From Vicugna vicugna (Eukaryota), in assembly GCA_013265495.1 (NCBI GenBank), contig MU058198.1, positions 4,727,779-4,791,778 of the forward strand: a DNA stretch of 64,000 nt, in the 5' to 3' direction. The position numbers were made by a program, and so were the translations under genes. The stretch's first letter is position 1. Each line of letters begins with the position of its first letter. This document shows, one piece after another, positions 40,282 through 52,549 of the stretch. Under the pieces are notes generated by a model. That model made no database searches. It was not told where the DNA came from and was given only the letters and a program-made list of their open reading frames with translations.

Positions 40282-42786
40282 GGAAAATCTAAGGACTGTT
40301 TCCAGATGAAGGAGACTAAAGAGTCATCACAGTTAAACGCAAAATGTGATTCTGGACTGGATCTGTACAGGTGGAGAAAAAAATGCTGTAAAAGACATTA
40401 TTGGGACAATTGACAAAAATAGAATATACACTGTGAAATAGATAAAAATGTTACACCAACATTAAAATTCCTGAACTTGATGAGTGCACTGTGGTTAGAT
40501 AAAGGAATTTCCTTGTTTTTAGAAAATATATATTATGAAAGATAAGAGGATAAATTGGTGTTATACGTGCAAACTCTTCTGAAATCGGAAAGAATGCAAA
40601 AAGGGAGGAGAGAATAAAACAAAGGTGGCTTTCCAAAATGTTAACAGTTGGTGAATCTTCTTTAAATGCATTTGGGAGTTCTATGCATGAATCTTGTAAA
40701 TGTTATATAAGTTTAATATTTTCTCCAAATAATTAGAAATAACAGCATAAAAATATAAATTGCAACAGATTTTTAGGTCTTCAAATTATGAAAATAGTTG
40801 TACCAGTTGACATAGCAATTCTTAACATAATATACACACATATATATGCTATATATATGCAATCTTTGTGCAATATGTATATATGTATATACATATATAT
40901 ACCACATACACATGCATATAAATTCAATTTATATGTAATATATACACACACACTCCCAAATTGTAAATAATCTAAATGTCCATCAGTAGAATTGTTTAAT
41001 ATTTTATATTTTATGGTAGATGAATTTCTATGTAATACTCTCGTTATTGAAAAGAATGGGGTGGATTTATATATATTGATTAAAAAAAGCCTTCTAAATC
41101 TTTGTGACAAAATAATGTGATAAATAATAGTATTTTTAGTGTAACCCAATTTTTATTTATATATATTTTTAAAAAAGACCAGTGGCTATCAAACTGTTAA
41201 CAGTTGTCATTTAGGGCAAGTCTATGTTTTGGGACAGATTAAGTTCTGAAAGGATATTTGTAAGCCCATATGTTTTCAACTCTGAAGTAACTAAGACAGA
41301 TTTAAACTTGTGATTCCCCACTGCATTTCTGCCTAACAGGAACATGAATCAATTTCTTTGAAGCTTGAAAAGCAGGCACATTCTTCTCCCTCTTACACAT
41401 ATATTTTCTAGCAGATTTATTTTCCCCAAATAGATAAATTTTGTCTTCCTTGGAAATCTGTTAAGGCAGGTATCTGTCTCTTCCTGCATAATCTCCGGGC
41501 GTGTCGTATATTATGCTTTAGCGGTGGGAAGCCCACACGGGCTAGTTTGCGGCTCACATGCAAGGTATGTTGATTCAGATCCGCTTTCAACCCTGGTGAG
41601 AATAATCCGTGAGACAAAAGACTCAGGAGCAGCCTGTTAAGATCTGTTAGTCCTTAAATGCCCCGTCTCAAGTCTTGGCAACCATTCACACCAGGCGGAC
41701 AGACGTCTGACATCTTTCCCTCACTCAGTCAGTTTCTCTCCCTTCCTGATGAATGCGGTTGATTGCGCAGCCATAATTCTCTTCTTATCTTCTGCAATTC
41801 GTTCTTACTTCCAAGTCACTGACACTCTCAAATAATCCATGCCCTGTTCGTGTGCCACCTTCTTCGTTCTCTTGTCTCTTATTTCTAGGAAACTCTTTTT
41901 TTCCCCTCTTTTAATCATGTGCCCTTTCTTAGCAACTTTTTCAGTGTCCTTATGCTGCTTTTCTGCTCATCAGATGTGATGGTTTTAATAATGTTTGTAA
42001 AATATCTAAATGCTGAGTGTCAGCACGGAAAATACAGCGTAGACTGAGTGGCAGCGTGAAGGTCAGGACATTATGGGTCAGTGGCAGACCTGATGCGTTT
42101 GGACCTGGAAATGTCGCTTTCGTTACGTCTATGAAAACGTGTAAGTTCGAAATTTGTTAATGGAGGAGCTTCCGATTACATCTGTATTCTTGGATTTATT
42201 TTTTGCTAAATTCACTACCATGTGTTCATATTTTATTTTGTAATTACAAAACCAGAAAACAATAGAAAAGGAAGATAGCTTGTAATTGTGCTACCTACTG
42301 GCAGGCCAAATTACATTTCTGTACATTTTTACTCTTTCATGAAAAATGTTTTTTGTGTGTTTGCCTGTTTTGACCTCATCGTGGCTTGAGAGTCCTTTGT
42401 GTCCAGAGAAACAACCAATTCTAGTCTTTTATGTAAAAGCAGACTACATAATTGGGGGCCCTGCCAGGTTCTGGCCCCCATTAGAAGCTCAAACCCTGTG
42501 GAAAGATATATTCTAGAAAACCAAGAGTTGGATCAAAATACCCCAAGTGCAGGGAATATAAAAGGACTGGAATGAATAATTAAAGTTTAACACAGCATGC
42601 ATTGAGAAGAAAGGATTATATAAATATAGGTGGAAAACATGTGTAAATATAAAATAAGAGCTATAGTAAAAATATTGATTCAGCAATGATAAGTCCAAAA
42701 TTCCAAGGTTTATACGAAGAATTAGGTGATGGAAAGGGTGAGAGGGGTTGGGTATAAAAGCTAGATGATTTATTCTATATAGCAGG

Positions 42787-43200
42787 TGTCACGGTTAACT
42801 TTATGTTTCAACTTGACTGGCCACAAGGTGACCAGGTATTTGATCAAACATTATTCTGAGTGGGTGCAGTAGGGTGTTTCCAGATGAAACTAACATTTGA
42901 ATCAGTAGAAAAGCAAAGCAGATTGCCCTCCTTAATGTGGGCCTTAGCCAATCAGTCAAAGGCTTGAATAAAGCAAAAAGGCTGACCCTCACTTGAGTAT
43001 GGTGGAATTTTTCCTGCCTTTGGACTTGAACGGAAACATTGGCTTTCCTGGCTCTCAGGCCTTTGGAGTTGTAGAGCTACACCGTCCACTGTCCTGCAGA
43101 CTCCTGACTCATCTTGCAGATCCTGGGGTTTCTCAGTCCCCATAATCTAGTGAGCCAATTCCTTATAATAAATCTCAGTTCTTCTCTTTCTCTCTCTCTC
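42787..43200 (+). mobile_element. MLT2-type (ERVL) LTR
   Basis: 'tgtcacggttaactttatgtttcaacttgactggcc..aaagcagattgccctccttaatgtggg..gagccaattccttataataaatctc' followed by CT/GACA simple repeats. Confidence 0.85.
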
Positions 43201-43220
43201 TCTATAGAGAGATTTATATC

Positions 43221-43249
<29 letters not shown>

Positions 43250-43251
<2 letters not shown>

Positions 43252-44800
43252 GTAGATGAACTGAAATATATTGAAACGGCTAGAAAGAAGTAAGGAAGAA
43301 CCAAAAAAAAAAAAAAAAAGGGAGCAAGTCAAAAGGATACAGGTGCCAACATGAAAGAACTCCCAACGATTAAAGTTGGAACATTTTTGGCAACAAAATA
43401 AATTAAAATAGTATACGATTATACTGATTATATGGATCAAAGAGTAAAATAAATATCCAAGGGTGCTTACTGATGTAAGCAAGCAACTGAATAAACAAAC
43501 ACATGGAGGAAAAGGGATAAATCTTCCTTACATGAAAATTCCAATTAATAAGTATAAAAATATGAGAGAAATAGAAAATCACCATTAGACCACCACAGTA
43601 ATATTGCTGCAGGTAAGAGCCACGGCTGAATGCTGAAATTAGTGGATGGAATTTTAAAGAGAAACAGGATATTTGTATAACCTCAAATATCTTCCCCCCA
43701 CCAAATACTTATTAGTTATCATATCATTTTAACATATGTTTGCATAATCTTTGATAGTCCTCCCTCTAGGAACTGAAACTTAATTGCTCGCCTTTTGAGA
43801 ATGGGCTGGACTTAGTCACTCAGTTCTAAAACAGAGAGTTTAGAAAGAGAAAGAAAATAACTAACAGTAGAAAAACCTGGCAGACACCACCTTAATCTTG
43901 TTTTCAAGGTTCGTATCACCAGTAAGCCATGCTGATGTCCTGTATCCCTGATGGGACGTGATGAGGAAGGCACTTTGCCTTTGTGGTCTTCTTCCCCCCA
44001 AACTATACCCCCAATCTAATCATGAGAAAAACATCAGACAAATCCCAAACTGAGGGACATTCAACCCGATACCTGTCCAGTGCTCTTCAAAAGTGCCAAG
44101 GTCGTGGAAGACAAGGGACGGCTGAGGAACTCCCACAGTGTTAGTTTACAAGCTCAGGAGTTCCCCGGGGGTGAAATCTGAAATCGGTCCCATTTGTGGA
44201 GGGCAAAGAAAGACCGGAGAAAGAGGCAGATCATTCCAGATTTGAAGGTGGCAGTTTTAATAAGCAAGAGAACTTACTTACAAGGCTTGTCTTGAGCTGT
44301 GTAGATCTCTGTACCCACCTACTAGAATCTTGAAAGTTTATGTAGAGGGTTCAGATGGTCTGGGCAGCACATGATTCTGTCAAGGCTGCATCCTCGAAAA
44401 GGGGATCAGTGGACAGAGCATCCATTCCAAGGACAGGGGTAGGGTGAGGAGACTCCAGTTGCCAGACTTGAGGGTCTACCAGTGGTCATGTCCTCATGCT
44501 GACCTTCTTTCTCCAACACACAGACCAGAGGAGACAAAGATGACATGACCACAAAATACAACACAAGTGGATACTGGAACAGAAAAATGATACTAGTGCA
44601 AAAACCAGTGAAATACAACTAAAAGGGTGGTTTAGTTGCTAGTATCATAGCGAGGTTAATGTCTTAGTTTTGACACGTGTACCATGCTTTCTGTAAATCG
44701 TGAGCATTAGGGGAAGCTGGATGAAGAGTTGAGAGGAACTCTCTGTGCTGTGTTGACAAGTCTTCTCTAAAATTACTTCAACATAAAAAGGTTTTTTAAA
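43250..44800 (+). mobile_element. L1MC/L1MD-type 3' UTR
   Basis: 'aatctaatcatgagaaaacatcagacaaatcccaaactgagggacatt' and 'ggaactctctgtgctgt..tctctaaaattact'. Confidence 0.8.
44139..44518 (-). mobile_element. Solo LTR (380 bp) nested in L1MC
   Basis: Termini TGTT...AACA. Perfect 5-bp TSD CACAG at 44134-44138 and 44519-44523. ATTAAA on the minus strand near 44260 suggests the orientation. Confidence 0.85.
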
Positions 44801-45549
44801 ACCCAGTGAGTTAATTGTAAATGAGTTCACTGTAACAGTGAGCAATCACTACTTCCTCCTGCATTAGTCACGTTTGATGACTTCTCATAGCTGTGGGAAA
44901 TGCATTTTACACATTTCAACATTCATGCACATGCAAATATTTGCATTTCAGAAAGGTAAAGACATACTCTGTTATAAATAACTTCACCACAGGAGACCTC
45001 TTTTCTTTTTACATGGAAGGGCAGGAAAATATATGGGCTCAGACTTGCGACCTATGACGGAGATCAGATAATATGGCTGTTTTTATTTGTTCTTGCAATT
45101 TTTCTACTTAAGGAATTCATCTTAATTTAATATCAACAAACCTAAGCCCCTTGATTAGTTCATGAAGTTGTCGATTCACCCTTCTTATCGGAATATGGAA
45201 AGAATTTACATCATGGCACCTGAATAAACAAAGTCCTTTTTGGACTAAGAAATTTATTTTAATCTTCCCCTTTAATTAAACTCTGTTTCCCTTCCTAAAG
45301 GGAGACTGGTTTTTCTGATTCCACATTTTCTTTTCTCATAGAGGGGTTTATGTCACTTTGCTTCCCTACCTCCACGTGAAATTGAGAATTAATTTATCAA
45401 AATATACGTAATCTATACCTACACCTGCCCCTACTGGGATTTTGTGTGAAATTACTTGGAATTCATTCGTTAACAGAGAGAACTTTACCTTTACAGTACT
45501 GAGTTTTTGCGTAGATGTGTAGGTGTGTTTGCTCATACATTTTTATGCC

Positions 45550-45996
45550 TGTTGTGAGTTGAACTGTGTCTCCCTAAAAAGGTGTTTTGAAGTCCTACCA
45601 CCTCAGTCCCTGCAAATGGGAACTTATTTGGAAATAGGGTCTTTGAAGATTTAAGCAAGTTCAGATGAGCTCAACAGGGTGGGCCCTAAGCCAATATGAC
45701 TGGTATCCTTATAAGAAGAGGAGAGTGTCAAATGAAGACAGAGACACACAGGGAAAAGGCCACGTGACAACAGACGCAGAGATGAGAGTCGCAGAGCTGT
45801 AAGCCAAGGAATACAAGGATTGCTGGGCACCACCAGGTGCTAAGAAGCAGCATGGAAGGAGTCTACTGAGAGTTTCAGAGGGAGCACGGCCCTGCTGACA
45901 CCTTGATGTCAAACTTCTAGCCTCCAGAAACGGAAGAGAACAAAATTCTCTTTCAGCCACACGGTTTGAAGTACTTTGTCACAGCAGGCTTAGACA
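45550..45996 (+). mobile_element. MLT1C-like MaLR solo LTR nested in old L1
   Basis: TG...CA termini and TSD ATGCC (45545-45549 / 45997-46001); 'cttatttggaaatagggtctttg', 'ggccctgctgacaccttgat..ttctagcctccagaa'. Confidence 0.9.
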
Positions 45997-47746
45997 ATGC
46001 CCTTCTGCAAAGTTTCCATTTTATCTACAAAGGGCTTGCTTGCCTTTGATTAGGTTTATTTCTAAGTACTTAATGGATTTTATTGTAGGTCTGAATCATG
46101 TCTTCTCTTACAATTATATTTTCTAATTGTATCAGGATTGTATATAAGAATACTCTCTGTAGTTTGAATTTTATTCGGCCCCCTTGCCAAACTCTTCTGT
46201 TTGTAGATTTGCATACGTTTTCTCTTGCCGACAAACACATAGTGTGCAATTAATAATCATTTGTTTTTTTCTTCCGAACTTTCCTGTCCTTTATTATTCT
46301 TTCTCGTCTTATTGCATTAATTGGGAACCCCAGTTTAAGGCCGAACAGAAGCTGTGATGGAAGGCATACCTGTCTTTAAAGGTTCTGCTCTAATATTTTG
46401 TCATGTCTCATTATAAGTTTGCTGTAGGTTTTTGGTAGACACCCCTATTCTCTTAGGGAAGTTACCTTCAAATTTAGTTTGCTAAGGGTATTTATAATGA
46501 ATGAAATGAGTGAGATGTTGCACATACTAAAAATAATCTTGCTTTACCTGGCTTACTCCAATCTTCCCCTTTATATATGGACTTAAATGTCACTTCCTCT
46601 TTGAAGGCTTCTCTCTCGCCTATATACTGGTTAGGACTCTCCATCAACATGTTCTGTAATACCCTGCATTTTCTCTCTTTTAAATGCCTCAATTTATTAA
46701 ACTTGCTTGTGTAATTATTTCTGCTTTCATGAGGACAGAGATGCTGCTTTCTGTCTCACTATTTTATCCTCCACATCTAATCCAGGGCCCAGAATGTATT
46801 AGCCTCTTCAAAATGACAACTGAAAGAATGAATAAATGAATGAAACCAAAAGAGAGCAAGAAACTATAAAATTGAACAAAGCAGAATTAGATGTCAAAAC
46901 ACTCACCCAAAGATTTGTGTAGGGTTTATGCCAATAAAATTACAGAAGTCCAATAAGAGATAGAAAAGAAGATTAAATGAATGGAGTTTCACTTTCTATA
47001 TTTCTGGGTGGGAAAACTCCAACATTCTGGGTTTATTTTATAACACTGGAGTTTCAAACTGTTTGGAAATACTAGTGCTAGGAAAATGAAGAATAAAATA
47101 GATCCTTCTATAAAACTGTGTTCCGAAATAAATTTCAGATGATTTTAACATTTAATTGTAGAAAATGAACCAAAAAATGCACTAGAAGAAAAAGTACATT
47201 TACATACTTCAGGGACATGGTTTTCCATCAATGGTAGAAACTACAAAGGAAATAACAGAGAGTTTGTGTATATAAAAGTGAAAAACTTACGCAATCAGGA
47301 ACACGAAAAACAACTTACTGGTAAAGGCAAATTGGTAATTTAATCATTGGAAGAGATATGAAAAGAAAAAAATCTGATATCCTTACTACATAAGAAGCTT
47401 TTATCAGTCAGTATAAAATAGCAACTAAGCAATAGAAAACTGATAAAAATTAAAATAAACACCTTCACAAGACTGCGTGCAGACTCAACACGAACATGAG
47501 TGAGGCTAAAAGGGTTCCCGCTGGTTGGAGTTCTCTGTTATTCTGGTGGCTCTGGGGAAAAAGGGTGGGGAAGGATGCTGGTAAGACTATGCACTTCTTG
47601 CTGAGGGAGGATACTGGTCTTTTTTTTGCTTCCCTACATCATCTCTACTTTTATTTCCTCCTAGTTGATGCAGTGGTCATAGGTCCAGGGCTGCAACTAC
47701 AAAGGCTGGAAGCAGGGATGATTCCTAAGCGAAAAACTGTAGCTGT

Positions 47747-47908
47747 GTTTTTTGTTTTTGTTTTTTTAAATTTTGTAATGAAGTGTAGTTGATTTACAGT
47801 GTTAGTTTCAGGTGTACAGCAAAGTGATTCAGTGATACGTACACCTACGTATATATACATTTTCTTTTCAGATTCTTTTCCATTATATGCTATTACGAGA
47901 AAGCGAAT
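47747..47908 (-). mobile_element. Lineage L1 3' end
   Basis: T-tail then 'gaagtgtagttgatttacagtgttagtttcaggtgtacagcaaagtgattcag..ttttcagattcttttccattat'; same family as 32020-32180. Confidence 0.85.
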
Positions 47909-48458
47909 CTCATGTTAGACAGAATCCCTAAGAACCTGATGGGGCAGGATGTGCCTTTACTCCATCGGGTAAAACAGGGATTAACTGAATGGCGCTAAAC
48001 TGCCTGGTGGGAAACTGCCTGCTAGTTCTGCACCTGTGTGTAACCTTAGCTTATCTGAATAGAAGTGGGACTGAAGGGGAGGCACTTGCTGGACCAGTAT
48101 TGCTGCCTGCAATGCAGACCAGCACAGTGGCAGAAAAGACTGTCCCTTACGTGGAAATCTGATATTTCATTAACACCTCCGAAGGGACCTGGAGCAAGAG
48201 ATGATATCTCTTAGCTCTGTTGTACCAAAGACGTGGAAGAATGAAGCCACAGGTTACTGACACCACTTCTGCTTCTGGAACCTGACAAGGTTGAATGGAA
48301 GTCTGCAAACCTGAGGGGCCTCACCCTCAGAGGCATTTTCATACCATCTGATGATCGTTATTAATGACTGAATGGGATTCTAGTAATCGGCCAGTACCTT
48401 TTGCCTTTTATGGTTATTTTGCTATAAGGAATCCATGCTAGAAGACCAGGAGGTGGAC

Positions 48459-49290
48459 TGTGATACTGTGACTTACAAAAGAAATACATGTTTGATCTCC
48501 AATCCTTTCCTGACTCAGACCTCCTAAAACCCTTGGAATTTCCATGATAAGAGCAATAAAGATGTCTTTTGTGATGTTAACGAGGTGACTTTTGGAAAGT
48601 CCTTAGGTAGCCTAAGGCTGGAGCCTGGTTGCCAGGGGAATGAACCATGTGATTAGAGGGTTGGAACTTTCAGTCCCTGCCCCACCGCCCCCCAACCCCC
48701 AACCCCCCCCTCCAACCTCCTGGGAGGGGAGAAGGGCTAACCGTTGAATAAGTCGCCAACAGCCAATGACTGATTGGTCATGGCTGGATAATAAAGCTTT
48801 CACAAAAACTCAGAAGGATGGGTTTGGAGAGCTTCCAGGTTGGTGAACACATAGAGATACTGGGAGAGTGAGTGGAGCACCTGGAGGGAGCGTGGAAGCT
48901 CCCAGCCTTTTCCCCATACCTGCCCTGGGCATCTCTCCCATCTGGCTGTTCCGGAGTTGTATCCTTTTATAATAAACTGGTAATCTAGTAAGAAAAATGT
49001 TTCTCTGAGTTCTGTGAGACGCTCTAGAAAGTTAATTGGGTCTTGGGAACCCCTGATTTATAGCCAGTGGGTCAGAAGCACTGGCCACGACCTGGATTTG
49101 CGGTTGGCATCTGCAGTGGGGGAAGGTCTTGTAAGACTGAGCCCCTCACCTGTGGAATCTGATGCCGTCTCCAAGCAGGTAGTGTCAGAATCAAGTTGAA
49201 TTGTGGAACACCCAGCTGGTGTCACAAGAATTTCTTGTTGGAGTGGGGATCCTGCTCCCTCATCCCCCCTCAAAAAACCCCACAGGCTCT
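48459..49290 (+). mobile_element. MER21-like ERVL LTR preceded by a polypurine tract
   Basis: 'tgtgatactgtga..ctcctaaaacccttggaatttcc..gagcttccaggttggtgaacac..tttataataaactggtaa..ctgtggaatctgatgc'. PPT-like caggaggtggac at 48447-48458. Confidence 0.85.
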
Positions 49291-49332
49291 GTTATTAGTA
49301 CTGGAACCTATTTACAAACCCTGAAAGGTAAA

Positions 49333-49705
49333 TGTCTTAGCTTAGGTTACCGTAACAAAATACCACGGAGCAGATGACTTAAATAGGAATTAATTTTCTT
49401 ACAGTTCTGGGGGTTGGAAGTCTGAGGTCTGGGTGTCAGCATGGCCAGGTTCTGGTGAGGACTCTCTTCCTGGCTTGCGTCATGTCCCCTTCTCATTGTG
49501 TCCTCAGATGGCAGGGTGTGTATATATGTGTGAAAAAACAGTGATCTCTTCAACTTCTTATGAGGATGCAGTCCTATCGGATTAGGGTTCCCACATTGTG
49601 ACTTCATTTTAACCTTATTCCTAAGGACCCTATCTCTGGATGTGTCACACTGGGGGTTAGGGCTTCAGCACACACATTTTAAAGTGACACAATTCAGCCC
49701 ATCCC
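49333..49705 (-). mobile_element. MLT1A-like LTR
   Basis: 'tgtcttagcttagg..taacaaaatacc..cagttctgggggttggaagtctgagg..gggggttagggcttca..gacacaattcagccc'. Confidence 0.85.
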
Positions 49706-49755
49706 TATAAACGTATCAGTTCTTTTCTTCCTTACTTTATTCTTTTGTTCTTTTT

Positions 49756-50385
49756 TTTTAATTTGATACATTTTATTTTATTTTTTTTAACATTTTTTAT
49801 TGATTTATAATCATTTTACAGTGTTGTGTCAAATTCCAGTGTTCAGCACAATCTTTCAGTCATTCATGGACATATACACACTCATTGTCACATTTTTTTC
49901 TCTGTGATTTATCATAACATTTTGTGTATATTTCCCTGTGCTATACAGTGTAATCTTGTTTATCTATTCTACAATTTTGAAATCCCAGTCTATCCCTTCC
50001 CACCCTCTACCCCCCTGGTAACCACAAGTCTGTATTCTCTGTCCATGAGTCTTTAGATTCCACATATGAGCTATCTCATATGGTATTTTTCTTTCTCTTT
50101 CTGGCTTACTTCACTTAGAATGACATTCTCTAGGAGCATCCATGTTGCTGCAAATGGCATTATGTTGTCGGTTTTTATGGCTGAGTAGTATTCCATTGTA
50201 TAAATATACCACATCTTCTTTATCCAGTCACCTGTTGATGGACATTTAGGCTGCTTCCATGTCTTGGCTATTGTAAATAGTGCTGCTATGAACATTGGAG
50301 TGCAGGTGTCATCCTGAAGTAGATTTCCTTCTGGCTACAAGCCCAGGAGTGGGATTCCTGGGTCATATGGTAAGTCTATTCCTAG
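49756..50385 (-). mobile_element. Young 5'-truncated L1 (ORF2 C-terminus + 3' UTR)
   Basis: ORF 50071..50295 MFIAALFTIAKTWKQPKCPS...WIKKMWYIYTMEYYSAIK is the L1 ORF2p C-terminus. T-rich tail; perfect TSD ATTCTTTTGTTCTTTTT at 49739-49755 and 50386-50402. Confidence 0.95.
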
Positions 50386-51699
50386 ATTCTTTTGTTCTTT
50401 TTCTAGCTTCTTGAGTTGAACACATAGCTCATTTGCTTTTAATCTTTCTTGTTTTTGGATAAGTATATTGAAGATGTAATCTTTCTTATAAGTATTGCTA
50501 AATTCCATCCATCAGATTTTGCCATGTAGAGCTTTCAGTTCCAAGTATTCTCTGATTTCCCCCGTGAGACCCTTTTCAGTGCCAGGTCCTATAAGTTCAT
50601 AGCCATTATTAACATTTTTTAATCTCTTGCTCCTTTTACAAGTATATAATGTTCCTTTTTGTCCCCTTGTTGGTTTTGGCTGGAGTTTTACCTCCGGATT
50701 TCTATAGATGGACTTTTTTTATTGACAGGTAAAAGACACAATGGGGAAATATATTTGCTATATATGAGACAAAGGTTCTGTCTACACTGCTGGAACAGTG
50801 TAGATGTCTAATCTGTCATCCAGTCACCTCTGTGATAGGGAATGCTAATGTTGGTTTGCTGAAGTCATTCTGGTCAACAGCAGAGGAAGTTAATAAGTAT
50901 GTTTGCATCAGCCAGATAGTCTAGGTTGCGTTGTATTTCACAACCAACCCCACGTCTCAGGAGCTGAAAACGACCAAGGCTTATTTTTTTGTTCACGCTA
51001 CAAGTCTTCAGGGGCTGGATCTACATTGTCCTTGCTCCGTGTGGAGGATTGCGTAGCTGGTGGCTAAGAGGGGCCCAAACCCCTTCCTGCACAGCTGCCA
51101 GGCAGGAAAAAACACCCCCATTGGTAAATCCCCCGCTGTCTGCCCAAGGTTCCGCCTGGAAGAGAGAGTCTCACTTCCGCTTGCTGGTTTCATCAGCCAA
51201 CATGTCACAGAGTCACACCTAACTTTAAGGGGCCAAGAAAAGATATCACTTCTGTGGGTCACAGGAGAGCCAACAATATTTGGTGAGTGGCAGTGATGAC
51301 AAATATATGTTTACACGCTGTATTTGCTCTCTTTTCCAAAGCCGATTGTTGCTTTTTGTTTGTTTGCTGATTTTTCAAAAATCCCCTCTGTTATGTGAGT
51401 TATCATACATCTTTCTGGTAAATTTCTTCAATTAAAAAAACCAAACAAAACTGAAGCTGGCCAAAGTTAGTGTCTATTGCTTAAAAAAAAAACAACTATC
51501 AAAAGCAATAGACTTGGCATTCCTTGGCAGTAGAGTTGCATTATGAATGCAACTGAGCAGCTTAGAAAAGTGAACTTCAGCGGACACACTGGGCTGCTTT
51601 TGAAGAAAGGATACACACATTTTTTCAAGGATAGGATTTTAATAGGAGAAGAAGCTGGGCATGGTGTGAGCCAATATTTAGATCCATATAACTTTTGGT

Positions 51700-51900
51700 A
51701 GCCACCGCATGTCAGGCAGGGAGCCAGGTAATTTTTGCATATGCTCTGTAAGTCAATTTAATTCTTTATAAAAACAATTTGGGGTGAGTCTTGTTACCCA
51801 TCATTTATAGAAGCTGAAAATGAGGCTCAGGGAGGTGAAATGACCCGTCCAAAAGTCACTCAGCTGGCAAATGACAGCTTTGTTTTAACTCAATCATCTG
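51700..51900 (-). mobile_element. MIR
   Basis: 'gaaaatgaggctcagggaggtgaaatgacccgtccaaaagtcactcagctggcaaatg'. Confidence 0.8.
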
Positions 51901-52408
51901 ATCGCACAGAGGTGAAACAGAATGATGTAATGTGGATGTCTGGATGGTAGGAACCGTTTGGTTTGGCAGGACGGTGAGGTACGTGACAGGTGAAAGGGCA
52001 TCTTGAGTGCAGAGGTAATGAGGTTGGAGTCCATTAGAGAGGCAGTAAGAGGAAGGGTTCTGAGTCACCGAGGGCTTTGGGAGGGCTCTGTCTCAGAAGC
52101 ATCCACCTGTTACTGTTGCCCAGGAGGAAGAGGAACGGCGCGTGCGGGAGGCCTGGAGAGCAACTGGAGGAATACTGCGAAAACTCAGATAGGCCTGAAT
52201 GAGCATAGGTGTTGGCAGTGGAAACGGGGAAAAAAAAAACCCCCAAAAACCAACCAAACAAAAAACCAAATTTACTGGGTCTCCAGACCCACTAGGAATT
52301 GCTGAACAGTCTGAGCTCCCACTGTGTAGCTGGCTCCTCCTTTTTATCACAGGTTTCTCAAGAACTTGCTCCCAGAAAAAGCCTGGACCAAGAGTAGAAG
52401 GAGACAAG

Positions 52409-52549
52409 TGGGGAGGGTATAGCTCAGTGATAAAGTGCATGCCTAGCATGCATGAGGTCTCTGGTTCAATCCCTAATATAGCCTAGTATAATGAATTAAT
52501 AAATAAGTAAACCTAATTACCTACCCCCCCCCCAAAAAAAAGAAAGAGA
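52409..52549 (+). mobile_element. tRNA-derived SINE (camelid vic-1-like)
   Basis: 'ggggagggtatagctcagtg..gcatgcatgaggtctctggttcaatccc..aaacctaattacctaccccccc' plus A-tail. TSD AAGAGTAGAAGGA at 52390-52402 and 52550-52562. Confidence 0.88.

Larger units (their letters stand above)
35400..41230 (+). mobile_element. Large block of old L1 fragments (ORF1-like region, L1MC/MD/ME 3' UTRs)
   Basis: A-rich strand bias. 'aaaatttccagaact', 'aaagacaaagacaaagtcctctgggcttccagacag' (ORF1-like) and 'aatctcatcatgaggaaacaccagaccaaccaaattgagggacattcta' (L1MC 3' UTR). Confidence 0.75.

Noticed and set aside
50071..50295. Protein-like ORF
   Set aside because: L1 ORF2p C-terminal remnant, not a host gene.
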